A stretch of DNA of 64,000 nucleotides from Candidatus Enterousia sp. (GTDB taxonomy: Bacteria; Pseudomonadota; Alphaproteobacteria; Rs-D84), in contig JAZTWT010000016.1 in the NCBI GenBank assembly GCA_045636045.1, forward strand, positions 15,258 to 79,257, read 5' to 3'. Position numbers and translations under genes: made by a program. The notes under the pieces are model-generated. The model searched no databases and was not told where the DNA came from. It saw only the letters and a program-made list of their open reading frames with translations. Shown piece by piece: positions 1-9,658 of the stretch. Position 1 is the stretch's first letter. Each line of letters starts with the position of its first letter.

Positions 1-81
1 GCGGCACGTGCTAATAATATACAGTTGGGTGATTCACTGGATTTTGTCGTCGCACAACAGAATATCGCAGGATAGTGTACC

Positions 82-816
82 ATGGCAGACAAACTGATTG
101 AAACGCGCATACTCCAGGCATACCAGTGTGACCGGTTTGGCAATGTTCGTCCGTTAATTTTAATGAATGAATTACAGTCGATTGCGGATCGACATGCTGA
201 AATTCTGGGGTGTGGTCGTACATACTGTATGGAAAACGGTGTTGGCTGGGTTGTGATGTATTATCTGGTTGATATTCTGGAATTGCCGGCCGAGGGTGAA
301 GAGTTAACATTCAGTACATGGCCGTCGTGTCAGGATGCATTGCGTGCCACGCGTGATTTTGAAATTCATGGCGCTGATGGTCGTTTGATGGTTCGCGCAA
401 CGTCCCAGTGGATTTTGATTGATATGAACCGTCGTCGTCCGTTGCCATTGGCAAATCATTTGTCGCCAGATGTTGTTGTACCGACACGCGCATATGGTTG
501 CGCCTTTGACAAATTTCCGGATTTTGAAACGAACAAGACGCATACTATGAAATGTCGTTTTGACGATATTGATGTGAATCAGCATATAAATAATGCGGTT
601 TATGCTGTTTGGGCAACAGAAAGTGTCGGGTATGTATATCGCAGTAATCATAAATTGCGTCGTATAAATATTAATTTTAAGAAAGAGGTCAGTCCAGACA
701 CACCCGAAATTCGCATAGATGTTGCGATTGATGGTCTGATCAGTCGGCATAAAATCTGTGTCGGCGAAACCGAACATGCCGTTGTTATTTGTGAATGGTC
801 TGAATTAGATGACTAG
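82..816 (+). CDS. acyl-[acyl-carrier-protein] thioesterase family protein
   Basis: 244-aa ORF with a double hot-dog layout. The DIDVNQHINNAVY motif in the second half is typical of the acyl-ACP thioesterase family. Confidence 0.7.
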   Translation: MADKLIETRILQAYQCDRFGNVRPLILMNELQSIADRHAEILGCGRTYCMENGVGWVVMYYLVDILELPAEGEELTFSTWPSCQDALRATRDFEIHGADGRLMVRATSQWILIDMNRRRPLPLANHLSPDVVVPTRAYGCAFDKFPDFETNKTHTMKCRFDDIDVNQHINNAVYAVWATESVGYVYRSNHKLRRININFKKEVSPDTPEIRIDVAIDGLISRHKICVGETEHAVVICEWSELDD

Positions 817-818
817 AT

Positions 819-846
819 AAAAAAACATGCGCCCTTGGGCGCGTGT
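819..846 (-). terminator. intrinsic terminator downstream of rnpB
   Basis: GC-rich hairpin acatgcgccc/gggcgcgtgt. An A-run on the + strand gives a T-run on the - strand. Confidence 0.6.
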
Positions 847-847
847 T

Positions 848-1180
848 GCAGATGAACATATAAGCCGGATTTTGTTCTGCCATTGGACCAGTATCTTTCG
901 GATACCACTCCACGGTAGTGGACATGATTAATCTGCATACTATATTACTATAATATGTCAAGCTTTCTACCCGCCCCCAATGTGGGACTCATACAGGGGG
1001 CCTATTTGAAATTGCTGCGCGCAGAGATTGCCCGTTTCACTCGAATTTAATCGTTTACGTCACTGTTGCTCTAATCGTCGGGTCGCCCCGCCTGGTATAT
1101 TAGCCAGTACGCTGTCCCATGCAGTCCGGACTTTCCTCCGCTTATCTTTCGATAAACGGCCATGCCCCGTACATCTTACC
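848..1180 (-). ncRNA. rnpB: RNase P RNA (bacterial type A), compact form
   Basis: The reverse complement contains GCGGAGGAAAGTCCGGACTGC (CR-I GGAAAGUCCGG) and AGAACAAAATCCGGCTTAT (CR-V ACAGAAnnCGGCUUA). P1 pairing links AGATGTAC at the 5' end with ATGTTCATCT at the 3' end. ORFs 1028..1216 and 1119..1430 overlap it and are discounted. Confidence 0.85.
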
Positions 1181-1259
1181 CCGATATGCTATCATTTTTT
1201 TTATAACATGCAATAAAAAAATCCCCGGGTTGCCCCAGAGATTCAAGGAAGGAAACTCT

Positions 1260-2234
1260 CTAGAATTCAAATCTGATACCCATCATTATGTTTGCGTAAA
1301 TCAGATTTTCTGCACTGAACCAGTCGCGATGTCTACTGCCAGAATCATTAGTCAGTTCCCACTTTACCTTTGGAATGTACATGATACGTGCACCAAAATC
1401 CATAAACATATTTTCATTTATTCCGTATGAAAAGCCTGCGGATAATAATGCGGCGACATTTGCGGTATTGTGTTCTGATTTAAAGAATTGAATTACGCCA
1501 AAATCATCAACTTCGCCATATTGTTGTAATTCTACCTGGCTGGACAAATCACCATATGGGTCGGACAGGTTTAACACTGTTTTTGAATCTGCATATCCTG
1601 CACCAAATCCAACATATGGAATAAATTCACGTATTGGTTTCCGTAATCCATCAAAGAAATCATAGAATGCCATAACGCTGTATATATCACTGGATATCTT
1701 GGAATTTACAGTTGAGCTTTGTGCGCGAATTGTGATATTTGCTGTGTCGCCACCTTCCAGTGTTAAATCGCCCTGAAACATTGGCGAAGAATTATATTCA
1801 CTTTTTGTAATATGGTCATATCCTGCCTCAATCCTCCACTGTGGGCGATACGGCATTGTCCAACCGATGCTGGCCCCTGCCACGAACGAGAAGCTTTCGA
1901 AATCTTTGGTCGCAGGCAACTTATTTAAATCGCCATAGCCTGCATACGTATAATCCGCACAGCCACCCTGATCAACACAGGCATAATAATATGAAGCAGA
2001 TACGGGTGTGCCATCCGGGCTTAAAAAATATTCATTTGCGATTGCACCGGCTTCGTTCTTTATCGAACCCATACCCAGTGCTGCGCCCCCACGAACAGAC
2101 ATGACAAAGCGTGTGCCGTCATCTTCGTACCATCCGTCACGCACATATGTTCCCGGGTATTGCCAGTTTGCAAATGCCTGTGCCCCAATAAAACATGACA
2201 AGATTGATAAAATACAAATGTTTCTTTTTCTCAT
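1260..2234 (-). CDS. outer-membrane beta-barrel protein (Omp25/OmpA-N-like)
   Basis: Signal peptide ending AQAFA, alternating amphipathic strands, and a C-terminal aromatic residue (GIRFEF). Confidence 0.65.
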   Translation of the reverse strand: MRKRNICILSILSCFIGAQAFANWQYPGTYVRDGWYEDDGTRFVMSVRGGAALGMGSIKNEAGAIANEYFLSPDGTPVSASYYYACVDQGGCADYTYAGYGDLNKLPATKDFESFSFVAGASIGWTMPYRPQWRIEAGYDHITKSEYNSSPMFQGDLTLEGGDTANITIRAQSSTVNSKISSDIYSVMAFYDFFDGLRKPIREFIPYVGFGAGYADSKTVLNLSDPYGDLSSQVELQQYGEVDDFGVIQFFKSEHNTANVAALLSAGFSYGINENMFMDFGARIMYIPKVKWELTNDSGSRHRDWFSAENLIYANIMMGIRFEF

Positions 2235-2287
2235 GACTAATATTATATCACAAAAAGGCCCACTATAAAAATAAAAACTGCAGTGAT

Positions 2288-2312
2288 GAAAAAAAATCCG
2301 CCATTCGGCGGA
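2288..2312 (-). terminator. intrinsic terminator
   Basis: Hairpin tccgcc-attc-ggcgga followed by a T-run on the - strand. Confidence 0.6.
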
Positions 2313-2318
2313 CTGGTA

Positions 2319-2543
2319 TTATTTTTTTGCTTTCTTTTTTACAGGCGTGGCCTTTTTTGATGGGATTTTTTTATATTCTGCATACAGTGCCATAATGCAC
2401 GCGTACGCCAACAACGCAGAAACAGCCGTGATTAACCCCGGAATCAGACCGTCTGAAAAATATCCAAAAAACACAATCGCGATTGCCAGGATTATTGTAT
2501 ATCCCATGTTTTTCTTTAAAACAGTTAACAGTTTATCAAGCAT
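2319..2543 (-). CDS. small two-TM membrane protein with Lys-rich tail
   Basis: 74-aa ORF with hydrophobic segments and a KKATPVKKKAKK tail. A terminator lies directly downstream. Confidence 0.45.
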   Translation of the reverse strand: MLDKLLTVLKKNMGYTIILAIAIVFFGYFSDGLIPGLITAVSALLAYACIMALYAEYKKIPSKKATPVKKKAKK

Positions 2544-2608
2544 TTCTCTTTCCTTTGTTATGGTTCAGACACCGTTATTATACCAAATTTTTTATCTTTT
2601 GCACTATT

Positions 2609-2637
2609 AAAAAAACACCGCCTGGGATTGGCGGTGT
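2609..2637 (-). terminator. intrinsic terminator
   Basis: Hairpin acaccgcc-tgggatt-ggcggtgt plus a T-run on the - strand. Confidence 0.6.
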
Positions 2638-2679
2638 CACAAAGGGAGATATGAACAAACAATTCTGTAATTTAATGGC

Positions 2680-3372
2680 TTACAGTACCACATATCCGCC
2701 TACGCGTGCCGTCTTTGGGATTGGTCCAAATGACGAACGTGGGCTGACATAGATGTTGCCTGTGACGACAAAGTCACCACAGAATTGCAACATATTCACA
2801 TCGCGCAGGAATAAATTCCCATTGATACGAATATCGCATGGCAATGTATATTTGCGCATGTTTTGCAAATACAGATTGCCGTTAACTTGTGTGCCACACT
2901 GCAAAATCGCGCCTGCGCCACGGCTGTCGATGATTACATCGCCCATCAATTTATTGGCTTTTCTTGCAGTTTGTTTTTTTACAATTTCAACTTCTGTTTT
3001 TTTGACAGGTACAACATTTACCATTTTTTTTGCGCTGTTATTTGCTATTGGTAATGTCACAGGCTTTGGTGCGGCATCGTTTGTGATTGTGACTTGTTCT
3101 ACAAGCGGCACTGGTTTTGCAACTACGACAACCTGTTTTTTGTTGCAGCCAACCACATCAATAATCAGCATGGAAAACAATACAATAATTGCAATCAATA
3201 ATGTTGTATTTGTCAGGCCGATTAAATCAACCCCACACACCCATTTCCAAAAACGTCGGCAGAAATTCGCGTTTTTACGAAATGGCCAACAGATAATATT
3301 CCATACGCGCCCTAATAAAGACTTTTTCTTGGCGTTTTTAACAGTATTTTTTGTTTTAACTTTTTTTGGCAT
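2680..3372 (-). CDS. membrane-anchored hypothetical protein
   Basis: 230-aa ORF with a basic N-terminus, one TM helix, and a C-terminal G/N-rich repetitive segment (NGNLYL, NGNLFL, TGNIYV) suggesting a beta-helix. Confidence 0.45.
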   Translation of the reverse strand: MPKKVKTKNTVKNAKKKSLLGRVWNIICWPFRKNANFCRRFWKWVCGVDLIGLTNTTLLIAIIVLFSMLIIDVVGCNKKQVVVVAKPVPLVEQVTITNDAAPKPVTLPIANNSAKKMVNVVPVKKTEVEIVKKQTARKANKLMGDVIIDSRGAGAILQCGTQVNGNLYLQNMRKYTLPCDIRINGNLFLRDVNMLQFCGDFVVTGNIYVSPRSSFGPIPKTARVGGYVVL

Positions 3373-3483
3373 TCTGTACCCCTTTGTATCAGGTTTTTAT
3401 CGTTTGTATATCCCAAAAATAATATTTGTCAACGCATTTGTCAAGTGTTTTTTGTCAAAAAAAAGCCAACTTTTCGTCAGCTT

Positions 3484-3927
3484 TTATCTTTTGTTCCAAT
3501 TTTTTGATTCTAAAATCAGATTTTGGATAACTTTTATCGGATTATTTAAATCGACCAGCGCTTCTGGTTTTACTGTTCGCCAATCGATAAATATTTTTTC
3601 AGGGGCAGGGCCAAAGATGTATTCCACATACCCACATGTGCGTGGAACTAATACGCCGTCCAGAATAATTTTTATATCCAGTTTTTTGCACGCATTTCCC
3701 TTAATTTTCAGTCTGTTTTTATATATATTACATTGTTTTGTGATTGTGTCTAGTCCATCACAGTGTACAGTTGTATAGTAGGTGTCTTTATCCTTTTTGC
3801 CGCCAAAGCATACCTTGCACAAACAGCAAATTCCGCATCTTTTGCAGATTGAATCCCACTGTTGTGGCGACATCTGTTGTAATTCTTTTACTTTCTTTTC
3901 TTGTTCGGCAGTTAAATTGTATTTCAT
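3484..3927 (-). CDS. YkgJ-family cysteine-cluster (CxxCxxCC) protein
   Basis: CKRCGICCLCKVC motif. The start is taken at MKYNL; the ORF is open up to 3975. Confidence 0.55.
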   Translation of the reverse strand: MKYNLTAEQEKKVKELQQMSPQQWDSICKRCGICCLCKVCFGGKKDKDTYYTTVHCDGLDTITKQCNIYKNRLKIKGNACKKLDIKIILDGVLVPRTCGYVEYIFGPAPEKIFIDWRTVKPEALVDLNNPIKVIQNLILESKNWNKR

Positions 3928-4027
3928 TTTTTTTGCTCTTTTAACAAAAACTATCATAAAAATATATTTTGTCAATTTTTTTAGGCTTTTATTTCTGGGT
4001 GATATGTTATAATATAACCAAAAGGCT

Positions 4028-4750
4028 ATGAGTTATTTAAAATTTTGTGTTTTTTTGCTGCTGTCTGCGTGTGTATCTACATGGCGTTCGCCATCTGGTT
4101 TTGTATATGCGCCAATAAGTGCCGGAAAATATACAATCGCAACATTTCAACGGATTTCGGATAATGTGTCGCCAATTCATGTTTATATCGAAGGGGATGG
4201 TAATTCATTTGATGCGCATGGTCATCCAACATCTGATCCGACACCACGAAATACATTTCTTCGTGATTTAGCATCGCATGACCCGTCGCCAAATGTAATC
4301 TACATGGCGCGCCCGTGCCAGTATATAAAATCCCCGACATGTGGTCGCACGGACTGGACGACTGGGCGCTTTTCACGTGACATAATTGACTCGGTCGCAA
4401 ATGCATTGCAACAGGTTGCATCAAATACTCCTGTTGTTCTGATTGGGTATTCTGGTGGTGCAATGGTGTCAGGGCTGATTGCGCAGAATTATTCTGAAAT
4501 TGATGTGCAACAGTGGATAACGATTGCCGGTGTGTTGAACCATGCAGAATGGACATCTTATTTCAAAGATGCACCTTTGTCAATGTCGCTGAACCTGAAC
4601 GGATTGCCGAATATTCCTCAGGTGCATTATATTGCGCGCGGTGACCGTGTTGTTCCAAACAGTTTATCACGAAAATGGGTGGGGGATAAAAAACTGGTTG
4701 TGATTGATGGTGCGACACATAATAAATTCCCAGATATAAATTTATTTTGA
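4028..4750 (+). CDS. lipoprotein, alpha/beta-hydrolase fold
   Basis: Lipobox LLSAC and a GYSGGA nucleophile elbow (GxSxG). Confidence 0.5.
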   Translation: MSYLKFCVFLLLSACVSTWRSPSGFVYAPISAGKYTIATFQRISDNVSPIHVYIEGDGNSFDAHGHPTSDPTPRNTFLRDLASHDPSPNVIYMARPCQYIKSPTCGRTDWTTGRFSRDIIDSVANALQQVASNTPVVLIGYSGGAMVSGLIAQNYSEIDVQQWITIAGVLNHAEWTSYFKDAPLSMSLNLNGLPNIPQVHYIARGDRVVPNSLSRKWVGDKKLVVIDGATHNKFPDINLF

Positions 4751-4791
4751 CGCTGTGTTGACATTATATTAATTTGTACTATACTAAAAGT

Positions 4792-5511
4792 ATGAGCAAT
4801 ATAAAAATCTTACCAATATTTAATCAGGCCGCGCCGGGTGTCTGGCGCGATATGATACGTATGCGTGTTGCCGCAATGCAACATAATTACAATATCAAAT
4901 TAACAGACGAAGAAATTGCGAACGCGATGTCAGAATTCCAAAAATCATGGAAACGTTTATCATTTAATTTCGCATTTGGTGCATATGATGGCGATCAAAT
5001 GATTGGTTGTGTCAGTGGTGATGTACAAAAACGCACATCGTTTATCCGTCATTTGTATGTTTTGCCAGAATATCAGGGACAGCATATCGGCGCAAAATTA
5101 CTGGATGCAGCAGAATGTGCAACATCTGTGGCTGCATATCAAGCCGATATTGTGGCGTTGCCGCGTGCTGAAAACTTCTATCGTCATCTGGGGTATACTT
5201 CGCCAATGAAGACAAATAATTATTTCAAGGGGTTAAAGCCGCCAAAATGTCGCACTGTGCCATTATTCCATTGTGCACCTGCGTTTGATCGTGCGTGCAG
5301 CGCTTTGCGTATTGGTGCATCTGATGCGCCAAATGCAAAACAGATAAATGCCGCACATATGCCTGTGTTTGCAGAATATGGAATTGATTCAAAAATTCGT
5401 GCGGTTGGTATATTGGACGGCGGCCACCAGATTATAAAATCGGAATCTGATTTTTGGTGCGGACCAATGTCGCGTGCATTGGAACGATACATCACCGCAA
5501 AGATGCGTTAA
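4792..5511 (+). CDS. GNAT-family N-acetyltransferase
   Basis: LYVLPEYQGQHIGAKLL acetyl-CoA binding motif (Q/RxxGxG/A). The ATG at 4792 is preferred over the TTG at 4774. Confidence 0.6.
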   Translation: MSNIKILPIFNQAAPGVWRDMIRMRVAAMQHNYNIKLTDEEIANAMSEFQKSWKRLSFNFAFGAYDGDQMIGCVSGDVQKRTSFIRHLYVLPEYQGQHIGAKLLDAAECATSVAAYQADIVALPRAENFYRHLGYTSPMKTNNYFKGLKPPKCRTVPLFHCAPAFDRACSALRIGASDAPNAKQINAAHMPVFAEYGIDSKIRAVGILDGGHQIIKSESDFWCGPMSRALERYITAKMR

Positions 5512-5537
5512 AAAAACCGCCGTTTGGCGGTTTCTTT
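5510..5537. terminator. bidirectional intrinsic terminator
   Basis: aaccgcc-gttt-ggcggtt hairpin with an A-run and a T-run, between convergent genes. Confidence 0.6.
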
Positions 5538-5540
5538 AAT

Positions 5541-5894
5541 TTATTCCGCAGGCTGTTCGGTTTGAACTGCTGTTGCTGGTGCTTCGGCTGGCGCTTCTGC
5601 CGCTTGCACGTTTTCTTGCATAACAATTTCACTACGCAAATCGCTTTGTGGGGCCGCCATATCGGACTTTGATGCGACCAACGCCAATGCTGCGCATAAA
5701 ATAAAGAACAGTGTTGCCAACCAGCCTGTTGCGCGTGTCAGAAAGTTTCCTGCCGCACTGCCGGTTAACACACCACCCAACATCGCAGATGCAGAAGAAC
5801 CTGACATACCGGATCCTTCGGACTTTTGCAACAAAATCAGCCCAATCATCATAACTGCGACAATAACCAATAAAACTAATAAAATAGAAAACAT
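5541..5894 (-). CDS. secG: preprotein translocase subunit SecG
   Basis: MFSILLVLLVIVAVMMIGLILLQKSEGSG N-terminus and a two-TM layout. Confidence 0.8.
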   Translation of the reverse strand: MFSILLVLLVIVAVMMIGLILLQKSEGSGMSGSSASAMLGGVLTGSAAGNFLTRATGWLATLFFILCAALALVASKSDMAAPQSDLRSEIVMQENVQAAEAPAEAPATAVQTEQPAE

Positions 5895-5943
5895 TATTTA
5901 CCCCTGTGTTGTTTAAGTTGTTCTGATTTTAAATCCCCCAGAT

Positions 5944-6576
5944 TTAAATTGCAAGGATTTTCAGCAATTCTTCTGCGGCGGCAATGCTGGCGCCTTTTTT
6001 TGATGAACCGCGTCCCATTGCACTGTGTCCCATTGCAGATACACGAACATTAAAGACGGGGTTATGTGATGCACCTATGGTTTCTACGTACTCATATACC
6101 GGCAGATTACCAGGTTCATTTTTCTGTACTAATTCTTGCAGACGTGTTTTTGGGTCTTTGGGTGCAACCGTATCCATTGCGGCTAAATCGCGCCATATAT
6201 TAACAATAATATCGCATGCCACGTCAAATCCGCCGTCCAGGTAGATTGCCCCCAGCACGGCCTCCATCGCATTTGCTAATATGTGTTGAACACGACCGGC
6301 GGTCATGTGTCCATGTCGTACATGTTTGTCCAGACCTAATTCGCATGCAACATTACCCAATGTTTCTGTTGAAACCAACATTGCATGTCTACGCGCCAAT
6401 TCGCCTTCGGTCTCGTTTGGGTACATTTCGTACAACAGTCTTGCCACGCTTAATCCTAAAACCCGGTCGCCAATAAATTCCAAGCGTTCATTATTTTTAC
6501 CAGAATTCGCACCGCTTTGCGTTAATGCCAACTCCAGCAGACTGTCATCATTGAAATCATAGTTTATTTTTTTCAT
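5944..6576 (-). CDS. rnc: ribonuclease III
   Basis: ERLEFIGDRVLGL signature with a C-terminal dsRBD. Sits directly downstream of lepB. Confidence 0.9.
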   Translation of the reverse strand: MKKINYDFNDDSLLELALTQSGANSGKNNERLEFIGDRVLGLSVARLLYEMYPNETEGELARRHAMLVSTETLGNVACELGLDKHVRHGHMTAGRVQHILANAMEAVLGAIYLDGGFDVACDIIVNIWRDLAAMDTVAPKDPKTRLQELVQKNEPGNLPVYEYVETIGASHNPVFNVRVSAMGHSAMGRGSSKKGASIAAAEELLKILAI

Positions 6577-6577
6577 T

Positions 6578-7456
6578 TTATTTTATTCCCATTCCAAATC
6601 TGTTCCAGCGCATTTTGTTATTCCATGACCATACAGACAACATTGGTGCGTAATAATTATGTGAATACCATACGAACCATACTTTGCCCAGTACATTATC
6701 GCGTGGAACAAAACTGACATCACCACGGCTGTCGCCACTGTTGTCACGATTATCGCCCATGAAAAAGAAGTGATTTTCTGGCACAGTAAATACAGGTGTA
6801 TTATCAAAATGCGCATCATCTGACATTTCAATAATACTGTGTTCTATGCCATTTGGCAACTTTTCTGTGTATTCTGTTCCCATAAACACGCCACATGCGC
6901 CATTATACATATGGCAAAAATTATCCGGTTTGTATTCGATTGTATAATTATATGGTGCCGGTTCATTATCGACCCAAATCTTATTCCCTTTTATTGACAT
7001 GTTATCTTTGTAATATCCAACCGAGCGCATTGATTTTGGCAGCGTTGCGATAACGTATGGGCGTGGGTTTTCACGCGGAACCTCAACACCATTTATATGC
7101 AGTCGACCGGCAATCATTTGAATTTTATCGCCTGGCTTACCAATCAGTCTTTTAACATAGTCTTGGGATTCATTGATTGGATTTCTAAATACAATAACAT
7201 CGCCAACTTCTGGTTCTGTTGCCCAAAAACGCCCATTCCATAACTTCCATGACCCAAACGGGAAAGAATATCGTGAATACCCATACGCCCATTTTTCAAC
7301 AAAAATATGGTCGCCAACATGCAATGTCGGAATCATTGAACCCGATGGAATGTTAAAAGGTTCTAACAGAAAACTGCGAAACACAATCGCAATTAACGCA
7401 CCATAGAAAATTGTATTAAACCATTCGCGTGCAATATTCTTATTTTTTGCGGGCAT
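6578..7456 (-). CDS. lepB: signal peptidase I
   Basis: Catalytic boxes SGSMIPTL and GDNRDNSGDSR. Confidence 0.9.
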   Translation of the reverse strand: MPAKNKNIAREWFNTIFYGALIAIVFRSFLLEPFNIPSGSMIPTLHVGDHIFVEKWAYGYSRYSFPFGSWKLWNGRFWATEPEVGDVIVFRNPINESQDYVKRLIGKPGDKIQMIAGRLHINGVEVPRENPRPYVIATLPKSMRSVGYYKDNMSIKGNKIWVDNEPAPYNYTIEYKPDNFCHMYNGACGVFMGTEYTEKLPNGIEHSIIEMSDDAHFDNTPVFTVPENHFFFMGDNRDNSGDSRGDVSFVPRDNVLGKVWFVWYSHNYYAPMLSVWSWNNKMRWNRFGMGIK

Positions 7457-7530
7457 ATCCTAAATCCTTTCGTTATTTTTTTGATATATTAGAACTTGCA
7501 GAACTTTAATTCAAGTTCTAATATGCACAC

Positions 7531-9051
7531 ATGATATCATTAAAATCAATTATATTTAACGGCATGGAAGCCACCCTAATCGATGTTCAGGTACAGTTGT
7601 CATCTGGATTGTCCAAGCCTGAGTTTAACATTATCGGTTTGGCTGATCGCGCTGTCAAGGAATCTGCGGAACGCATTCGAAACGTTTTATCTGCATTAAA
7701 TCTTTCATTGCCACCAAAGCGTTTAACGGTAAATCTGTCACCGGCTGATGTTGAAAAAAGTGGTTCGCATTTTGATTTGCCGATTTTATGTGGAATTTTG
7801 TGTGCTATTGGTGTTCTGCCTGAAACAGAATTAGAAAAATATGTGATTATGGGCGAAGTGGGATTAGATGGTGCGATTGTAAAAACGGATGCCGTCTTGC
7901 CTGCCAGTGTTTGGGCTGCGACCCACAATTTGGGGATAATTTGTCCTGGTGACCAGGGTGCTCAGGCACGATGGGCTGGACATACAAATATCTTGGCACC
8001 ATTCCATGTCTTGCAGTTAATAAATCATTTTAATAACACGCAAATATTACCTGTTCCTGAATTAACTAGCCCAGAAAACCACACGAATTCAACCCTGGAC
8101 ATGTCTGATGTTCATGGCCAGGCGGCGGCAAAACGTGCGCTGGAAATCGCTGCGGCTGGTGGTCACGCTATGCTGATGGTTGGTCCCCCGGGTGCAGGCA
8201 AAACAATGTTGGCATCGCGCCTGCCGACGATTATGCCAGAAATGACGGCGAATGAAATACTGGAAACATCAACCATATATTCGATTGCTGGTGAATTATC
8301 GGGGCGTGGTTTGATATCCATGCGTCCATTCCGCAGTGTTCATCATACATCCAGTCCTGTTGCCTTGGCAGGCGGTGGCTCTGATGCGCGCCCTGGCGAG
8401 ATATCTTTGGCACATAACGGTGTTTTATTTTTGGATGAATTACCCGAATTTAATCGTGCAACCCTGGAAATTTTACGCCAGCCCATGGAATCGGGTCGTA
8501 TTTTAATTTCGCGTGCAAAACGTAATGCGACATACCCTGCGCGTTTTCAGTTAATTGCTGCGATGAATCCGTGTCCATGTGGGCATCTGGGAAATGCGGC
8601 AATGTCGTGTACACGTGCGCCGCGTTGCGCCGAAGCATATCAGAATAAAATTTCTGGTCCATTACTAGACAGGATTGATTTGCACGTCGATGTTGATGCG
8701 GTAAAACCGTGGGAAATGACTGCTGACACCGCCCCACGCGAAACCAGTGCAGAAATCCGCGCGCGCGTTGTTGCGGCGCGCAATCGTCAAATTTCACGCC
8801 AAGGTTGTGTTAATGCGCAACTGGATGGGCCAGAATTGACATGTCATGCAGCACTATCGGATGAATTGACTGAATTTTTAAATTCTGCCGCCGAAAAGAT
8901 GGGGATGTCTGCCCGTGGTTATAATCGTATAAAGCGTCTGGCGCGTACAATCGCGGATTTGCGTGGTGCAGAAAATATTGAAATGACCGACCTGGCCGAG
9001 GCTTTATCATACCGTCCCATCAATCGTGGAAAATATGGCGTTAAACTATAA
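7531..9051 (+). CDS. comM: YifB/ComM family Mg-chelatase-like ATPase
   Basis: Lon-like N-terminal domain, Walker A GPPGAGKT, LFLDELPEF Walker B, 506 aa. Confidence 0.85.
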   Translation: MISLKSIIFNGMEATLIDVQVQLSSGLSKPEFNIIGLADRAVKESAERIRNVLSALNLSLPPKRLTVNLSPADVEKSGSHFDLPILCGILCAIGVLPETELEKYVIMGEVGLDGAIVKTDAVLPASVWAATHNLGIICPGDQGAQARWAGHTNILAPFHVLQLINHFNNTQILPVPELTSPENHTNSTLDMSDVHGQAAAKRALEIAAAGGHAMLMVGPPGAGKTMLASRLPTIMPEMTANEILETSTIYSIAGELSGRGLISMRPFRSVHHTSSPVALAGGGSDARPGEISLAHNGVLFLDELPEFNRATLEILRQPMESGRILISRAKRNATYPARFQLIAAMNPCPCGHLGNAAMSCTRAPRCAEAYQNKISGPLLDRIDLHVDVDAVKPWEMTADTAPRETSAEIRARVVAARNRQISRQGCVNAQLDGPELTCHAALSDELTEFLNSAAEKMGMSARGYNRIKRLARTIADLRGAENIEMTDLAEALSYRPINRGKYGVKL

Positions 9052-9657
9052 TTTTTTCTGAAAAATTTTTAGCGCCCATTTTTTTATTTGATCGGCGGAC
9101 ACATTGGATTGTCGTGCGGCCTCAGGTACGGTTTTTTCTTCTGCTAATTTTATAATCAATTTTTTTTCTGCATCTGTAAAGGCGCGCGCTTTGCGTGGCA
9201 CATAGACCTTAAATTGTTTATTCCATGACCGTATCGTAGAATCTGGCACACCGTATTTTCTCACGGCCTTAGACATGCCTTCTGTTTTTACGAAATTCAA
9301 AACTTCCAGTTTATACTCGTCATTCTCGTGCGTGTATTGTTTTTTATGTGTTGCGTTTTTTCTGCGACCTGTTGACTGATAAATGTTAAACACTTTGTTC
9401 CATTCATATATGGTTGATGATTCGATATCATATTCACGTAATACAGCCGTTAGCCCATGTTCGTTTGCATATTTTAATATTTCGATTTTTTCTGCATCCG
9501 AAAACTTGCGCATCGTCTGTGTTGGATAAACATTGCGCGTATTATTCCACCGATTAATTGTCGAATGTTGCAGTTTGAAATGTTTTGCAGCCACGGTTGA
9601 GCCGTGCTCTTTAGCGTATCTCAAAACAGACGTTATAAAATCTTCGCTATATGCCAT
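9046..9657 (-). CDS. protein built of four tandem helix-turn-helix modules
   Basis: Four ~50-aa repeats, each ending in a ...STI..WNK-type motif (STINRWNN, STIYEWNK, STIRSWNK, ADQIKKWAL). Confidence 0.55.
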   Translation of the reverse strand: MAYSEDFITSVLRYAKEHGSTVAAKHFKLQHSTINRWNNTRNVYPTQTMRKFSDAEKIEILKYANEHGLTAVLREYDIESSTIYEWNKVFNIYQSTGRRKNATHKKQYTHENDEYKLEVLNFVKTEGMSKAVRKYGVPDSTIRSWNKQFKVYVPRKARAFTDAEKKLIIKLAEEKTVPEAARQSNVSADQIKKWALKIFQKKL

Positions 9658-9658
9658 A

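Noticed and set aside
1028-1430. ORFs 1028..1216 and 1119..1430
   Set aside because: They overlap the RNase P RNA and the 3' end of the OMP gene, and have no coding features.
2753-3778. 341-aa + strand ORF
   Set aside because: It is antisense to two better-supported - strand genes (2680-3372 and 3484-3927). Its composition is low-complexity and Phe/Thr-rich, typical of a shadow ORF.
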